From the IMG/VR virus record IMGVR_UViG_3300020026_000005, positions 1 through 6,088 of that record: DNA of 6,088 nucleotides. One strand, written 5' to 3'. The notes under the pieces are model-generated. The model was given only the letters and a program-made list of their open reading frames with translations, ran no database searches and was not told the origin of the DNA. The position numbers and the translations under genes are program-made. Every line of letters begins with the position of its first letter. Within the stretch, counting starts at the first letter, position 1. Origin of the DNA: a virus. This document shows, piece after piece, positions 5,563 to 6,088 of this stretch.

Positions 5563-6088
5563 TTAAATGTTAAGTTGAAGTTTGTAATGATCTCGCCAGA
5601 ATTGAAGAATATCCAAATCCAGCCAAGTAGGAGGATCAAAATCGGGCATCTTACGAGAGGAGGCAGAAAAACGCATCATCTGCTTTTGCTCCCACGTATA
5701 TGATGCTCTACGGGATACGGAGGAATTGAGATTGAACCGCTCAACACACAGAGACACAATACGCTTAACCAGAGGAGACTTGCTAAAGCGTGCATAAGAA
5801 TCAGCAGCGGTAATCGAGCGAGCAACGTCGTCTTCTGGTTTAAGATACTTAAAATAGTATCGAGGGATCGAGTAATTATAATTGATACGCTTATCAAAGT
5901 CAAAATAAGACCACGACGAAACACGAGCAGAAGGGCGAGGCATATAGCCAAGAAAATCACCAACGCTAGCAGATACGAATTTTCGCGTATAACGGCGATG
6001 TTGGAGGAGGCAAGATAAAGGTGTAAGATTTCCATCTACGGTAACATATTTATCCGAAATTTCTTCGGGGTTGAACTGAATCTGTTTA
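5563..6088 (-). CDS. VP4: Replication initiator protein (Rep/VP4), C-terminal part; 5970..6088 duplicates 1..119, and the non-redundant part 5563..5969 encodes aa 222-356
   Basis: The frame is continuous with the 1..664 segment: codon 222 is GCT, made of nt 1 (=5970), 5969 and 5968. The sequence reads ...RKFVSASVGDFLGYMPRPSARVSSWSYFDF... to a TAA at 5565..5563. The track's 126-aa ORF (5563..5943) is only the stretch after an internal Met. Joined length is 1,071 nt, or 356 aa. Confidence 0.9.
   Translation of the reverse strand, partial: KQIQFNPEEISDKYVTVDGNLTPLSCLLQHRRYTRKFVSASVGDFLGYMPRPSARVSSWSYFDFDKRINYNYSIPRYYFKYLKPEDDVARSITAADSYARFSKSPLVKRIVSLCVERFNLNSSVSRRASYTWEQKQMMRFSASSRKMPDFDPPTWLDLDILQFWRDHYKLQLNI
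5970..6088. repeat. Terminal direct repeat, right copy (identical to 1..119)
   Basis: Same comparison as the left copy. Position 5970 corresponds to window position 1. Confidence 0.95.

Larger units (their letters stand above)
1..5969 (-). other. One complete circular Microviridae ssDNA phage genome unit (5,969 nt); genes all on the - strand
   Basis: An exact 119-nt terminal redundancy closes the circle. The unit carries a VP1/F-like capsid gene, a VP2/H-like pilot gene and an HUH Rep gene whose frame stays open across the junction. Genes are tightly packed (gaps of 1-12 nt, one TGATG overlap), with roughly 93% coding by my count. Confidence 0.9.

Noticed and set aside
392-5703. All + strand ORFs in the track (392..706, 1255..1449, 2558..2749, 3015..3206, 3527..3739, 4105..4311, 4414..4719, 5135..5317, 5314..5703)
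   Set aside because: Each is antisense to a well-supported - strand gene (Rep, VP2, VP1 or the small ORFs). Microviridae are transcribed from one strand only. The translations are low-complexity or Arg/Ser/Thr-rich, as expected from reading the complement of real genes. None has a recognisable motif.
5563-5943. 126-aa ORF listed as a stand-alone gene
   Set aside because: It is in frame with Rep and continuous with it: the frame is open from 6088 down to 5563 and across the circular junction into 664..1. It is the C-terminal part of the 356-aa Rep, not a separate gene.

Overview
The window is one complete circular ssDNA Microviridae (microvirus) genome, linearised inside its replication-initiator gene. 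Nt 1..119 are identical to nt 5970..6088, so the genome unit is 5,969 nt. The terminal repeat is best read as the overlap left by assembling a circle. All credible genes lie on the - strand, so the window is the complement of the mRNA-sense virion strand. Going round the circle on the - strand, the order is as follows. A 66-aa basic ORF (864->664) comes first. It is followed by the Rep/VP4-like HUH initiator (664->1, continuing 5969->5563; 356 aa). Next is the VP1/F-like major capsid protein (5559->3742, 605 aa). Then come an acidic 98-aa ORF and a small membrane or lipoprotein-like ORF. These are followed by the VP2/H-like pilot protein (3106->1850, 418 aa). A promoter-like site then precedes a 105-aa and a 107-aa ORF pair. 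A strong intrinsic terminator sits inside a 246-nt hairpin-rich non-coding region. VP1, VP2 and Rep are recognisable from family motifs I read in the translations. The five small ORFs are orphans to me. No Shine-Dalgarno sequences precede any start, and one Bacteroidetes-type promoter (TTTG-N19-TAnnTTTG) sits in an intergenic gap, which weakly suggests a Bacteroidota host. The items most worth follow-up are the lipobox-bearing small protein between the capsid and pilot genes, the promoter/terminator-bounded two-gene cassette where a VP3-type scaffold gene would be expected, and the structured intergenic region. I see no tRNA, rRNA, CRISPR array, integrase or transposase. No database searches were possible, so all homology statements rest on motif recognition.
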